Below, in pieces: positions 15,279 through 25,252 of a DNA stretch of 64,000 nucleotides. The DNA is taken from positions 4,397 to 68,396 of the forward strand of contig JBNKKI010000120.1 in NCBI GenBank assembly GCA_050291745.1, in the 5' to 3' direction. A program made the position numbers and the translations under genes. Numbering within the stretch: position 1 is the stretch's first letter; each line of letters begins with the position of its first letter. Source of the DNA: Gammaproteobacteria bacterium. Its GTDB lineage: Bacteria > Pseudomonadota > Gammaproteobacteria > GCA-001735895. The notes below the pieces were generated by a model that saw only the letters and a list, made by a program, of their open reading frames with translations, did no database searches and had not been told where the DNA came from.

Positions 15279-18200
15279 ATGATCTGTATAAAAGGTAGTC
15301 CTGCTTTATCTGATTTTAGAATTCAGAAACTTTTAAGTGCCGTTAAACCTTTCGGCGTAATTCAAATAACCAGTCATTATATTCATTTTATTGAAACTCT
15401 TCATGAGCTTGCTGATGATCAGCTTTCAATTGTGAAAAATCTGTTGCAATACGGGCCTAAGCTCAAGGATCGGCAGCTTGATGGCGAAACTTTTTATGCT
15501 GTGCCTCGTGTGGGTACGATTTCTCCCTGGTCTACCAAAGCGACTGATATTGCCCATATCTGTGGGCTACAGGATATTGCTCGTATCGAGAGAGGCATTG
15601 AATATAAAGTTCAATTCGACAGTGATGTTTCTTCTGTATCTCAATCTGTTGAACAGGTAAAACTGTTGTTACACGATAAAATGGTTGAACAGGTTTTTAA
15701 TACTGTCGATGAATGTGAAGCATTATTCGATCATCACCAACCCAAACCTTTGACTGTTGTCGATATTTTACAGGGTGGTAAACCACAACTTGAAGCCGCT
15801 AATATTGAATTAGGCCTGGCTTTATCTGATGATGAAATCGATTATCTGGTGGATAGTTATGTCGGTCTTCAACGTAATCCTAGCGATGTGGAGTTGATGA
15901 TGTTTGCGCAGGCGAATTCTGAGCATTGTCGCCATAAAGTGTTTAATGCGGACTGGACTATTGATGGGGAGGATATGGATGCGTCGCTATTTGGCATGAT
16001 TAAGAATACTTACAAAATGCATTCTGAGGGTATTCTGTCTGCCTATCATGATAATTCTGCCGTTATTGAAGGTTTTCCTGCTCATCGATTTGCACCACAG
16101 CTTGAATCAGGCATTTATCAGGATGATATGACACGTCTGGATATTTTGATGAAAGTTGAAACCCATAACCATCCAACTGCAATTTCTCCTTTTCCCGGAG
16201 CTGCTACCGGTTCCGGTGGTGAAATTCGTGATGAAGGGGCAACAGGCAGGGGATCTAAACCTAAAGCTGGATTGTGCGGATTTTCTGTTTCCAATTTGAA
16301 TTTACCTGAACTTTCTCAACCCTGGGAAAAGGATTATGGTAAACCTGACCGTATTGTTTCAGCACTGGATATTATGATTGAAGGGCCGTTGGGTGCTGCG
16401 GCTTTTAATAATGAATTTGGCCGTCCTAATATCTGTGGATATTTTCGTACTTACCAGCAAACCATAAAAACCAGAGATGGAGAAGAAGTTCGTGGCTATC
16501 ATAAACCAATTATGCTGGCTGGCGGCGTAGGTTCTATCAAGCCGGAGCATATTGATAAACTCGAAATTCCTGCTGGTAGTAATATTATTGTGCTGGGTGG
16601 GCCAGCGATGTTGATTGGTCTGGGTGGTGGTGCGGCTTCTTCTATGACCAGTGGCAGTAGCTCGGAAAATCTTGATTTTGCTTCTGTGCAACGCGGTAAT
16701 CCGGAAATGGAACGTCGGGTGCAGGAAGTTATAGATCGTTGTTTTGCACAATCTGAAAATAATCCAATCATTTCTATCCACGATGTTGGGGCCGGTGGTT
16801 TGTCAAATGCATTACCTGAACTGGTGAATGACTGTGGCATGGGTGCGCAACTTGATTTGCGTAAAATACCTAATGATGAACCGGGTATGTCTCCCAGAGA
16901 AATCTGGTGTAATGAAAGTCAGGAACGTTATGTACTTGCTGTTTCTGATGAGAGACTGGATGATTTTATTCAATTATGTAATCGCGAAAGATGCCCTTAT
17001 GCGGTTCTCGGTAAAGCGACCGATGAAAAGCAGTTAGTCGTATCTGATGAAGTATTTGGTAATAATCCGGTTGATATGCCGTTGGATATTTTGCTTGGTA
17101 AACCCCCTAAAATGCACCGTGATGTGCAACATCAGCAAGTTGTTCAGGATGTTTTTGATACTTCCTCTATCGATATCAAAGAAGCTATTCATCGGGTTTT
17201 ACAAAATCCGACTGTGGCAGATAAAACTTTTTTAATTACGATTGGTGACCGCTCAGTAGGTGGTTTGATTGCCCGTGATCAAATGGTTGGCCCGTGGCAG
17301 GTTCCGGTGGCAGATGTTGCAGTCACGCTGACTGATTTTGAAGGTTATACCGGTGAAGCCATGAGTATGGGAGAAAGAACACCACTGGCTTTACTGGATG
17401 CACCTGCTTCTGGACGTATGGCGATTGGCGAAGCTTTAACTAATCTTGCAGCCAGTTACACCAGAGATTTATCTCGTGTTGTCCTGTCGGCTAACTGGAT
17501 GGCAGCGGCGGGTCATGAAGGTGAAGATGCCCGTTTATTTGATACCGTAAAAACGGTGGGTATGGAAGTCTGTCCACAACTGGGAATTACCATTCCAGTA
17601 GGTAAAGATTCTCTATCGATGAAAACAGTGTGGCAGTCTGAGGGTGAAAATAAATCTGTTACCGGCCCGCTATCTTTAATCATATCTGCTTTTGCACCTG
17701 TTTATGATGTGCGTAAGTCAGTAACTGCTGAACTTTCAGCTGATCAGGATAGTGCTTTATTTTTATTTGATCTAGGACAGGGTAAGAATCGCCTGGGCGC
17801 ATCTGTACTGGCGCAGGTTTACTCTCAAATCGGTCAACAGGGACCGGATATGGATGATGTGGCCGTATTTCATAATTTCTATCTGGCAGTACAGGAAATG
17901 CTGGAAAATGATTATTTACTGGCTTATCACGATCGTTCTGATGGCGGTCTTATTGCCACACTTTGTGAAATGGCTTTTGCCGGTAGAAGCGGATTAACTG
18001 TTGATCTGAAAGAACTGGGGTCAAACCCTGCTGAAGCTTTGTTTAATGAAGAACTGGGAGCCGTTATTCAGGTTGCTAACAATCATATTGAAGGTCTCAA
18101 GCTCATTATCGATAAATTTAATTTGAATCATTGTGTTCACCAGATCGGTCAACTCAATGATTCAGATGAAGTCATTGTTTTAAATAATGATGAAAAAATC

Positions 18201-19166
18201 TTTAGTGAATCTATAAGCAGTCTGAGACGCAGTTGGTCGTTGACGACCTATCACATGCAAAAGCTACGTGATAATCCTGACTGCGCTAAAGAGGAATATG
18301 ATTCCATTCTGGAAAATGCTAAACCATCTTTATTTTCCGAATTAACTTACCAGACGGATGAAGACCCGGCTGCTCCCTATATTAATAGTGGTGCAAAACC
18401 TCGCATTGCGGTACTTAGAGAACAGGGTGTTAATGGGCAGGTAGAAATGGCAGCCGCTTTTACTAAGGCAGGTTTTGAAGCGGTTGACGTGCATATGAGT
18501 GATTTACTTAATGGGCAGACTGACTTACAGGATTTCCGTGGAATTGCAGCCTGTGGCGGATTTTCCTATGGAGATGTACTGGGAGCCGGTGAAGGCTGGG
18601 CCAAATCTATTCTTTATAATAGTAAAGCTTACGATATGTTTTCTGCCTTCTTTGATCGATCTGACAGTTTTGGTTTAGGGGTTTGTAATGGCTGCCAGAT
18701 GTTGTCAAATTTGCATAGTATTATTCCCGGTGCAGACAAATGGCCGCATTTTGTTAGAAATAAATCAGAGCAATATGAAGCCAGAGTATCCATGGTTGAA
18801 ATAATGCAATCAGATTCAATATTTTTTCAGGGAATGCAGGGTTCCAGAATGCCTATCGTAGTCGCTCATGGAGAAGGGCAGGTTGAATTCAGAACTGAAA
18901 ATGCCGCACAGTTACTACAGGATCAAACCGCTTGTGTACGTTTTATCGATCGAAATAGTCAGCCTACTGAAATATATCCTGCTAACCCCAATGGTTCTTC
19001 TGAAGGGCTTACGGGCTTTACCAGTAGCAATGGAAGATTCACTATCATGATGCCACATCCGGAAAGAGTTTTTCGTGCTGTTCAAAACTCATGGCAGGCT
19101 AGTGATTGGGGTGAAGATAGCCCGTGGATGCGTATGTTCAGGAATGCCCGAGTCTGGGTTGATTAA
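15279..19166 (+). CDS. purL: Phosphoribosylformylglycinamidine synthase (single-chain large PurL)
   Basis: The start [19 protein letters not shown] matches the E. coli PurL N-terminus ([20 protein letters not shown]), and the length of about 1295 aa is that of the single-chain FGAM synthase family. The upstream 27 codons of the listed ORF are rejected. Confidence 0.9.
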   Translation: MICIKGSPALSDFRIQKLLSAVKPFGVIQITSHYIHFIETLHELADDQLSIVKNLLQYGPKLKDRQLDGETFYAVPRVGTISPWSTKATDIAHICGLQDIARIERGIEYKVQFDSDVSSVSQSVEQVKLLLHDKMVEQVFNTVDECEALFDHHQPKPLTVVDILQGGKPQLEAANIELGLALSDDEIDYLVDSYVGLQRNPSDVELMMFAQANSEHCRHKVFNADWTIDGEDMDASLFGMIKNTYKMHSEGILSAYHDNSAVIEGFPAHRFAPQLESGIYQDDMTRLDILMKVETHNHPTAISPFPGAATGSGGEIRDEGATGRGSKPKAGLCGFSVSNLNLPELSQPWEKDYGKPDRIVSALDIMIEGPLGAAAFNNEFGRPNICGYFRTYQQTIKTRDGEEVRGYHKPIMLAGGVGSIKPEHIDKLEIPAGSNIIVLGGPAMLIGLGGGAASSMTSGSSSENLDFASVQRGNPEMERRVQEVIDRCFAQSENNPIISIHDVGAGGLSNALPELVNDCGMGAQLDLRKIPNDEPGMSPREIWCNESQERYVLAVSDERLDDFIQLCNRERCPYAVLGKATDEKQLVVSDEVFGNNPVDMPLDILLGKPPKMHRDVQHQQVVQDVFDTSSIDIKEAIHRVLQNPTVADKTFLITIGDRSVGGLIARDQMVGPWQVPVADVAVTLTDFEGYTGEAMSMGERTPLALLDAPASGRMAIGEALTNLAASYTRDLSRVVLSANWMAAAGHEGEDARLFDTVKTVGMEVCPQLGITIPVGKDSLSMKTVWQSEGENKSVTGPLSLIISAFAPVYDVRKSVTAELSADQDSALFLFDLGQGKNRLGASVLAQVYSQIGQQGPDMDDVAVFHNFYLAVQEMLENDYLLAYHDRSDGGLIATLCEMAFAGRSGLTVDLKELGSNPAEALFNEELGAVIQVANNHIEGLKLIIDKFNLNHCVHQIGQLNDSDEVIVLNNDEKIFSESISSLRRSWSLTTYHMQKLRDNPDCAKEEYDSILENAKPSLFSELTYQTDEDPAAPYINSGAKPRIAVLREQGVNGQVEMAAAFTKAGFEAVDVHMSDLLNGQTDLQDFRGIAACGGFSYGDVLGAGEGWAKSILYNSKAYDMFSAFFDRSDSFGLGVCNGCQMLSNLHSIIPGADKWPHFVRNKSEQYEARVSMVEIMQSDSIFFQGMQGSRMPIVVAHGEGQVEFRTENAAQLLQDQTACVRFIDRNSQPTEIYPANPNGSSEGLTGFTSSNGRFTIMMPHPERVFRAVQNSWQASDWGEDSPWMRMFRNARVWVD

Positions 19167-19559
19167 ACCTGGAAAATATTTTCAGCCATACAGTGGCTTA
19201 CTGTATGGCTGCATTATAACTCTGTATCAGGGAAGCACTGATCAATTCATGATTTTGTTGGCTTTAAAAACTTCATTCTGCTTGAAGATTACTGCACTGG
19301 ATGACTTATAGTCTCCAGCTCACTACGCAAAAAATATCACATTTCTACTAATGCATGAGCTCAGTGCAAGCCAGTCACTATTATCCCAAACCGGAATCAA
19401 TCAGGTAGATGTTCCCTAAGCTAATTCCTGAGCATTAGTCAAAAAATGGTATAAATTTAATTGATGTAGCAAATAAGGCTTGACTATATTAGTATTTGCT
19501 AATATATTGCTTCACATCGAATTTAACTTTATTTTTTTACTTTTTTGAGAACTTTAATT

Positions 19560-20045
19560 ATGAAAAAAATCATCACTGCTGCTGCAATTTTAGTCGCTGC
19601 TACATCTGCTCAAGCTTCCTGGGATATGCCTTTTTTTGGTAACAATAACAGTAATAATGGTAATGGTTACGGTAATTACTATGGAAACGGTGCTTCTAAC
19701 GGAACAGCTCAGGGCGACTACCGTGGAGAAGGACGTGGTCAGGGAACTGGACATGGAAAAGGTAGTGGAAATGCTGATGGCGAAGCAACTTTCTCAATGA
19801 GCTTCAAAGGTCGTGCTAAAGGTGATATGGATACAAATATGGATGCCAATTCTGACTGGAATGGTAATACTGCAGCAAATGGAAATGGTTACTACAACGC
19901 TGATGCAAACGGAAATGGTTACAGTAACTACTACGCAAACAACAATGGTTACGGAAGCAACCCATATTATGGTTATGTGCCTCAGCAGGCTCCTGTTGCT
20001 CCAGTAGCACCTACAGCTACACCTGCACAGGAAACAGCTAAGTAA
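19560..20045 (+). CDS. Secreted low-complexity Gly/Asn/Tyr-rich protein
   Basis: The signal peptide is MKKIITAAAILVAATSAQA. It is followed by repetitive GNGYGNYYGNG / NGNGYYNADANGNGYSNYYANNNGYGSNPYYGY sequence and a Pro/Ala/Val tail. A 10-bp perfect stem-loop (19180..19215) precedes it downstream of purL. Confidence 0.55.
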   Translation: MKKIITAAAILVAATSAQASWDMPFFGNNNSNNGNGYGNYYGNGASNGTAQGDYRGEGRGQGTGHGKGSGNADGEATFSMSFKGRAKGDMDTNMDANSDWNGNTAANGNGYYNADANGNGYSNYYANNNGYGSNPYYGYVPQQAPVAPVAPTATPAQETAK

Positions 20046-20203
20046 TTTACTAACTGGTTGTGTTTCCTGAAGAGTATATCTCTTCAGGGAACTAACTCAG
20101 ATCGTTTTTCTCTCCTTTTTAAACGATCTGGGTTAGTTTTTTCTAACCAGTTTTATCCTCCTGATAATTTTTTGACGGGCTTAAGCCCGTCTTTTTTTTG
20201 CAC

Positions 20204-20550
20204 ATGGATGTGCTTATGCTGGGACGACTGCATGGATGCAGGAGGTAGAATAACGCAGGAGCAGTTATCGAGGCCATGGATGGCAACGAGCAGTATTCTA
20301 ACCGAAGCCTCATAGACACTATCGAAAATAGGAAGCATAATCTTTTTAAAGGAATTGCTCCTTGCATTCCCAGCACTCCCACCATCCCTGGCGGTCGCAC
20401 AGGATGTGCTTATGCTGGGAGGCCATGGATGGCAACGAGCAGTATTCTAACCGAAGCCTCATAGACACTATCGAAAATAGGAAGCATCATCTTTTTAAAG
20501 GAATTGCTCCTTGCATTCCCGGCACTCTCGCTATTCTTAATCCAATTGCC
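20204..20550. repeat. Tandem direct repeat: two copies of a roughly 197-bp unit, the second carrying an internal deletion of about 47 bp
   Basis: gatgtgcttatgctggga...ggccatggatggcaacgagcagtattctaaccgaagcctcatagacactatcgaaaataggaagcat[a/c]atctttttaaaggaattgctccttgcattccc occurs twice, with copies starting near 20204 and 20401. Two overlapping ORFs in the track share MDGNEQYSNRSLIDTIENRKH as a by-product. Confidence 0.7.
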
Positions 20551-20604
20551 TGCTACTCTAAAGTAAGCCCTGATAAATAATTATCCTGGATTGCGTAGTT
20601 GAAC

Positions 20605-20837
20605 CTAGATTCTGCAGTTGACCGCTCGCAATAGAGATTAACCCACTGTTTCATAAACGATTACAATTGATGTGTATAATCACCCAATCGGTGAATCCCG
20701 CTACGAACTGAATTGTACATTTGAGGCGACCTATCTCTTCGTTGTAACGCCCTGGAATAGCTGGCTATTGCGCGTCGTTACGCCTTGATTTACACCACTT
20801 CAAACGCACAATCAACTCGTCCAACTGTGGATTCTAG
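20605..20837. mobile_element. MITE family 1, copy A (233 bp), with imperfect terminal inverted repeats cctagattcYRcagttg
   Basis: The left end is ctagattctgcagttgaccgctcgcaatagag and the right end is caactgtggattctag. It is about 90% identical to the copy at 40969..41202. The internal core is tgtataatcacccaatcggtgaatcccgctacgaactgaattg...cgtcgttacgccttgat.tacaccac.tcaaacgcaca. Its terminal CTAG supplies the TAG stop codon of the adjacent XRE gene. Confidence 0.7.
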
Positions 20838-21442
20838 GATTCTTCATGATTTTGCAATGTTTTAGCCAGATCAAGTAGTAAGGTTTTTGATTCTGCTTTC
20901 ATATTTGAAAATATCATCATGATTTCTCGCAAATCATCAGGGAAAAAATTACTTAAGCCATCGTTTTCGATATGCTGTTCATCCATCCAGCCATCTCTTT
21001 TTTCCAGAGATGCTTCCACTGAACTTGCCAGTTGGTCATCAATTTCCAGGAATGGATTATTGATATATTCAAATAATATTTTTCTGGGTAAATTAATACG
21101 AATAGTAAAATTAGTTAGCTCTGTTTCAGTTAAATTTTCAAGTATTTGGGCAAGATTCTGATGGCGGATCGCTTGCTTGTCTCTTTTTGTTGAGCGAATA
21201 CTGCCTATTCCAAAACTAATCCAGCATGGATTGGTTTCAGTTAATTTTGCGATCTGTTTTATATCCAGCGGATTAGGTAATGAAGTACCGTTTTCATAAT
21301 TTCCCAGGCGGCTTTCACTCCAACCATCTATAAGGCTGGTTAAAGATGACAGTGTTTTAAATCCAGCCATTTTTCGAGCCTGTCGAATTCTATTACCAAC
21401 GATTTTTTTAAATTCGACTAATTGTTCTGATTTATTTTTCAT
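20834..21442 (-). CDS. XRE-family HTH transcriptional regulator with a C-terminal domain of unknown function
   Basis: The N-terminal HTH_3-like segment is IVGNRIRQARKMAGFKTLSSLTSL...LGNYENGTSLPNPLDIKQIAKL. The protein is 202 aa. Confidence 0.6.
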   Translation of the reverse strand: MKNKSEQLVEFKKIVGNRIRQARKMAGFKTLSSLTSLIDGWSESRLGNYENGTSLPNPLDIKQIAKLTETNPCWISFGIGSIRSTKRDKQAIRHQNLAQILENLTETELTNFTIRINLPRKILFEYINNPFLEIDDQLASSVEASLEKRDGWMDEQHIENDGLSNFFPDDLREIMMIFSNMKAESKTLLLDLAKTLQNHEES

Positions 21443-21781
21443 CGATAAGTTATTGAGTTCTAAAGATTAATAATTGAATATTATCATCACAACAAGTTTC
21501 TTGTAAAATAAACTTGAAAACTTGTTATTTATGTTTATAATTTTTTTCAACTTAACTATTTATTTTTGGAGCCATAGCAATTCGATGAATATTTCTACTC
21601 AACATAATTTGATTTCAGGCCAGTCTATGACTGCGGCTGCAGAGTCATTATGTCCTGTAGTGATAACTTATTCGGTTTCAAATTTTATGTTTCAACTGGC
21701 ATGGTTATCCGTCATGGATTCTACATGTAAGTAGCTCTTGATAATTAATTATGAGGGCTGCTTGAAAAAGCGCCTTCTAAC

Positions 21782-21830
21782 AGAAAAAACCCGGGGTGCT
21801 TTTTAAAAGTACGTCGGGTTTTTTTTTGGG
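21782..21830. terminator. Bidirectional rho-independent terminator-like hairpin
   Basis: The sequence aaaaaacccggggtgctttttaaaagtacgtcgggttttttttt is a stem flanked by an A-run and a T-run. Confidence 0.4.
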
Positions 21831-21973
21831 TCGCAGTAAATCGAAGGAAGTTTAACAATAAACCAGTTGATAAGTACTGGTTCATCAGGAGTTTGATCAT
21901 GATTGATCACCAGTTTTTTTTGCAATGTAACATTCGGGGTAGACCTTCTCCAACGGATGATCAGGGAGGATTT

Positions 21974-22147
21974 ATGAATCATTATGTTCAGTTTGAAAAG
22001 GCAGTAAAGCGTATGAAGTTGCCGTTTATCAGAAAGAAGGCTAGTTCAGCTAATGCACTATGGTTCATCCGTAAAGGATTTTTGAGCAATCGGGAAGATC
22101 CTAAAGTGGTGGATGCGTTATATCACGCCCAGAAAATCGTAGACTAG
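21974..22147 (+). CDS. Hypothetical small protein (57 aa)
   Basis: ATG at 21974 is preceded by GGAGG (gggaggatttATG). The peptide is MNHYVQFEKAVKRMKLPFIRKKASSANALWFIRKGFLSNREDPKVVDALYHAQKIVD. The longer upstream extension is rejected. Confidence 0.3.
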   Translation: MNHYVQFEKAVKRMKLPFIRKKASSANALWFIRKGFLSNREDPKVVDALYHAQKIVD

Positions 22148-22246
22148 GAAGCCGCTAATTAACCAGCTGGATTCCAGGTTTTAAAATAGTAAAGGTAATA
22201 TATATGAATATTGAAATTCGTCATGCCGAGAAAGGTGATATTGAAC

Positions 22247-22556
22247 CTAAAAAAATCAGTTGACCGCTCCATTCTAGTAACAGGTTTCTGATTTTGAAGA
22301 AAATAGCTTCGATAGTTATGGTCACCCACTGGGTGAGTTACGCTACAACGTGAATGGCACGCTGTCCAACTGATCTTTTTAGGTTGATGAGTATAATCAC
22401 CCAATCGGTGAATCCCGCTCGAACTGAATTGCAGGTTTGAGGTGGCGTATCTCTTCGTTGCAACGCCCTGGAATAGCTGGCTATTCCGCATCGTTACGCC
22501 TTGATCTATACCACCTCAAACGCACAATCAACTCGTCCAACTGAGGATTCCAGGTT
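22247..22556. mobile_element. Composite or nested MITE: a family-2-type terminus (aaaaatcagttga) fused to family-1 sequence, an extra internal segment, then a full family-1 core
   Basis: It starts aaaaatcagttgaccgctcc, contains a second terminus-like caactgatcttttt, then gatgagtataatcacccaatcggtgaatcccgctcgaactgaattgcaggtttgaggtggcgtatctcttcgttgcaacgccctggaatagctggctattccgcatcgttacgccttgatctataccacctcaaacgcacaatcaactcgtccaactgaggattccagg. Confidence 0.55.
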
Positions 22557-24001
22557 CAATTATCTGTTCCACCTACTGTAATTTCATCTATTTTCAAAGT
22601 TGGCTGGCCAACACCGACCGGCAAAGACTGACCTTCTTTGCCACAGACACCGACTCCGGGATCCAGCTCAAGATCATTTCCCAGCATTGAAATCTTCTTC
22701 ATCACTTCAGGACCTGAACCTATCAATGTTGCACCCTTTAATGGTCGACCTAATTTACCATTTTCAATTTCATAAGCTTCAGACAGAGAAAACACAAAGC
22801 GCCCTGAAGTTATATCAACCTGACCACCACCAAAGTTAACGGCATAGATACCTTTTTTTACAGATTCAATAATTTCCTGTGGATCAGATTCACCAGGTAA
22901 CATATAGGTATTGGTCATGCGCGGAAGAGGCAGGTGAGCATAAGATTCTCTACGACCATTTGATGTTGATTGAGTCCCCATCAGACGAGCATTCATTTTA
23001 TCCAGCATATAACCTTTTAAAATTCCATTTTCAATCAATGTAGTTGATTCAGCTGCCACACCTTCATCATCAATTGTTAAAGAACCACGCCGGTTAGTCA
23101 GTGTACCATCATCGACCACAGTACAAAGCGGTGATGCTATCTGTTGTCCAAGGCTCGAGCTAAAAGCTGAGGTTCCCTTGCGATTAAAATCGCCTTCCAG
23201 TCCATGACCAACGGCTTCATGTAAAAGAACGCCAGGCCATCCTGAGCCTAGTACAACTGGCATTGTACCTGCCGGTGTAGGAATAGAAGTTAAATTCACT
23301 GAAGCCTGTCGCACCGCTTCTTTTGCATAATCAAAAGCAATATTAGTATCAAAAAAAGAATCATAATTATGCCTTCCACCGCCACCGGAAGTACCTTGCT
23401 CACGACGCCCTTTGTCATGCATAAGAACAGTTACATTAACTCGCACTAAAGGACGAATATCAGCAGCCAGTGTATTATCAGTTGCTGCAATCAGAATATG
23501 ATCAATACTGCCTGAAATAGAAATAATAACCTGCTCTATTCGATCATCCAGAGAACGGGTATATTTATCAAGTCGTTTCAACAAATCCACCTTATCATCG
23601 GCACTACGACTATCTATCGGATTTTGGGGTTGATACAACGCTTTCGGTGAAGCACCCTTTAATATCTGTGTTGCTGTTTTATTTTGTCCTAATCTGGCAA
23701 TTGAACTGGCATTTCTGGTAGCTGTTAACAAGGCAGGAAAACTCAGATCATCACTATAAGCAAATCCTGTTTTTTCGCCACTCATCGCTCGAATACCAAC
23801 ACCATTGTCTATATTGAATGAACCTTCTCGAATTATTCCATCATCCATTACCCAGGATTCATGCTGAGAAAGCTGAAAATAAAGATCTCCGGCATCAATT
23901 TGATGACTCTGTAATTGATCCAGAGTCTGGTTTATTTTATCCAGTGTTAATTCAGAAGGCTGAAGTATAACCTGATCAACCGTTGTTAAAATTGAGGTCA
24001 T
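22556..24001 (-). CDS. tldD: Metalloprotease TldD
   Basis: 481 aa, collinear with E. coli TldD over the whole length ([50 protein letters not shown] with the HExxxH motif, and a C-terminal [25 protein letters not shown]). Confidence 0.9.
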   Translation of the reverse strand: MTSILTTVDQVILQPSELTLDKINQTLDQLQSHQIDAGDLYFQLSQHESWVMDDGIIREGSFNIDNGVGIRAMSGEKTGFAYSDDLSFPALLTATRNASSIARLGQNKTATQILKGASPKALYQPQNPIDSRSADDKVDLLKRLDKYTRSLDDRIEQVIISISGSIDHILIAATDNTLAADIRPLVRVNVTVLMHDKGRREQGTSGGGGRHNYDSFFDTNIAFDYAKEAVRQASVNLTSIPTPAGTMPVVLGSGWPGVLLHEAVGHGLEGDFNRKGTSAFSSSLGQQIASPLCTVVDDGTLTNRRGSLTIDDEGVAAESTTLIENGILKGYMLDKMNARLMGTQSTSNGRRESYAHLPLPRMTNTYMLPGESDPQEIIESVKKGIYAVNFGGGQVDITSGRFVFSLSEAYEIENGKLGRPLKGATLIGSGPEVMKKISMLGNDLELDPGVGVCGKEGQSLPVGVGQPTLKIDEITVGGTDN

Positions 24002-24022
24002 GAAATTCTCAGTAGTTGGGGT

Positions 24023-24847
24023 TTAATTGGTTTCATTCACAAAGTATCTGCGATGTGATAATACAGGAAAACGTTCCCGAATATTCTTTTGATGCAGAAG
24101 ATCCAGATCGGCTATGGCATACCCTGAGCCAGAATTTATTTCAGCCAGCACATGCCCCCAGGGATCGATTATCAGACTATGGCCATAGGTTTCGCGACCA
24201 TTGACATGAAATCCTCCCTGAGCAGGAGCAACAATAAAACTCAGATTTTCTATTGCCCGTGCTTTCAACAAGGTATGCCAGTGAGCCTTTCCGGTAGCTG
24301 AAGTAAAAGCTGAAGGTAGCAAAATAACTTCAGCACCTTTATCAACTAACAATCGAAATAATTCGGGAAAACGTAAATCATAGCAAATAGCCAGTCCAAG
24401 CTTGATACCACCAGCATCAATAACAATGACTTTATTACCCGGTTGAATTACGGCAGATTCGTGATAACTTTCATCGGTATCGGGAAGAGACACATCAAAT
24501 AAATGAATTTTATCGTACATAGCAATACATTCACCATTCGAATTATAGATCGGTAAAGTATTTCTATACCGGTTATCATCATCAGATTTAATGGGGATGG
24601 TACCACCAGCAATTATTATTTTATGCCGCTTCGATTGTTCTGCCAGAAATTCCTGTAGTGGACCTTCACCGATAATCTCACTAAACTCAATGACATCTTC
24701 CTGCTTAACTCCGATCATACCAAAATTTTCCGGCAAAACGATCATTTCTGCACCGTCATTAACAGCTTCAGAGATTAATTTCTCAGCTTCCAGTAAATTC
24801 CCCTTGATTATGGAACCTGAAGCCATTTGTATAGCTGCAACCCTCAT
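24023..24847 (-). CDS. Carbon-nitrogen hydrolase (nitrilase superfamily) protein
   Basis: 274 aa. The start MRVAAIQMASGS... and overall layout fit a CN-hydrolase (YafV/Nit-like). Confidence 0.75.
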   Translation of the reverse strand: MRVAAIQMASGSIIKGNLLEAEKLISEAVNDGAEMIVLPENFGMIGVKQEDVIEFSEIIGEGPLQEFLAEQSKRHKIIIAGGTIPIKSDDDNRYRNTLPIYNSNGECIAMYDKIHLFDVSLPDTDESYHESAVIQPGNKVIVIDAGGIKLGLAICYDLRFPELFRLLVDKGAEVILLPSAFTSATGKAHWHTLLKARAIENLSFIVAPAQGGFHVNGRETYGHSLIIDPWGHVLAEINSGSGYAIADLDLLHQKNIRERFPVLSHRRYFVNETN

Positions 24848-25224
24848 TATTTTACTAGCTCCTGTCTACTACCGACTAAAATTCGAATTTCTTCATTTGA
24901 CTGCAACCCGGGTGATAGAAAAATAGAATCAGAAGGTATGCCAAACGAAACCAGCCAGTCTTTCAACTCAGCCGCCCAGATTTCACCACTATCCTCTCCT
25001 GCGTAACTCAATAAAATACTGGCTTCCGTTCCTGATTCCCAATAGGCAACGGCCAGTCTTACCGGATCCAGTTGAGGAATCATTGCACCTGACCTGGGAC
25101 GCGCCCATTGCTCTGCACTCAAATTAAAAATTCGAATCGTGTTTTCCGCCCAGGCTGTCTTAAAAAATATGCCATTTGACAGCAACATAAAAGTAACGAT
25201 GATAAATACTGATCTACTTGTCAT
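24847..25224 (-). CDS. Secreted hypothetical protein (125 aa)
   Basis: It has an N-terminal signal-like segment (MTSRSVFIIVTFMLLSNGIFFKTAWA). Its stop overlaps the downstream start, and it sits in an operon position between yhdP and the CN-hydrolase. Confidence 0.45.
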   Translation of the reverse strand: MTSRSVFIIVTFMLLSNGIFFKTAWAENTIRIFNLSAEQWARPRSGAMIPQLDPVRLAVAYWESGTEASILLSYAGEDSGEIWAAELKDWLVSFGIPSDSIFLSPGLQSNEEIRILVGSRQELVK

Positions 25225-25252
25225 TAATCTTAAAATAATCTATTTGTTTATT

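Noticed and set aside
20204-20550. Possibility of a CRISPR array
   Set aside because: There are only two long (about 197-bp) units with no short repeat and spacer periodicity. No CRISPR-like repeats were seen anywhere in the window.
20058-20580. Overlapping 62-85-aa ORFs inside the 197-bp tandem repeat (sharing MDGNEQYSNRSLIDTIENRKH...)
   Set aside because: The apparent protein similarity is simply the DNA duplication. There is no ribosome-binding site, the ORFs overlap on both strands and they sit in an intergenic repeat.
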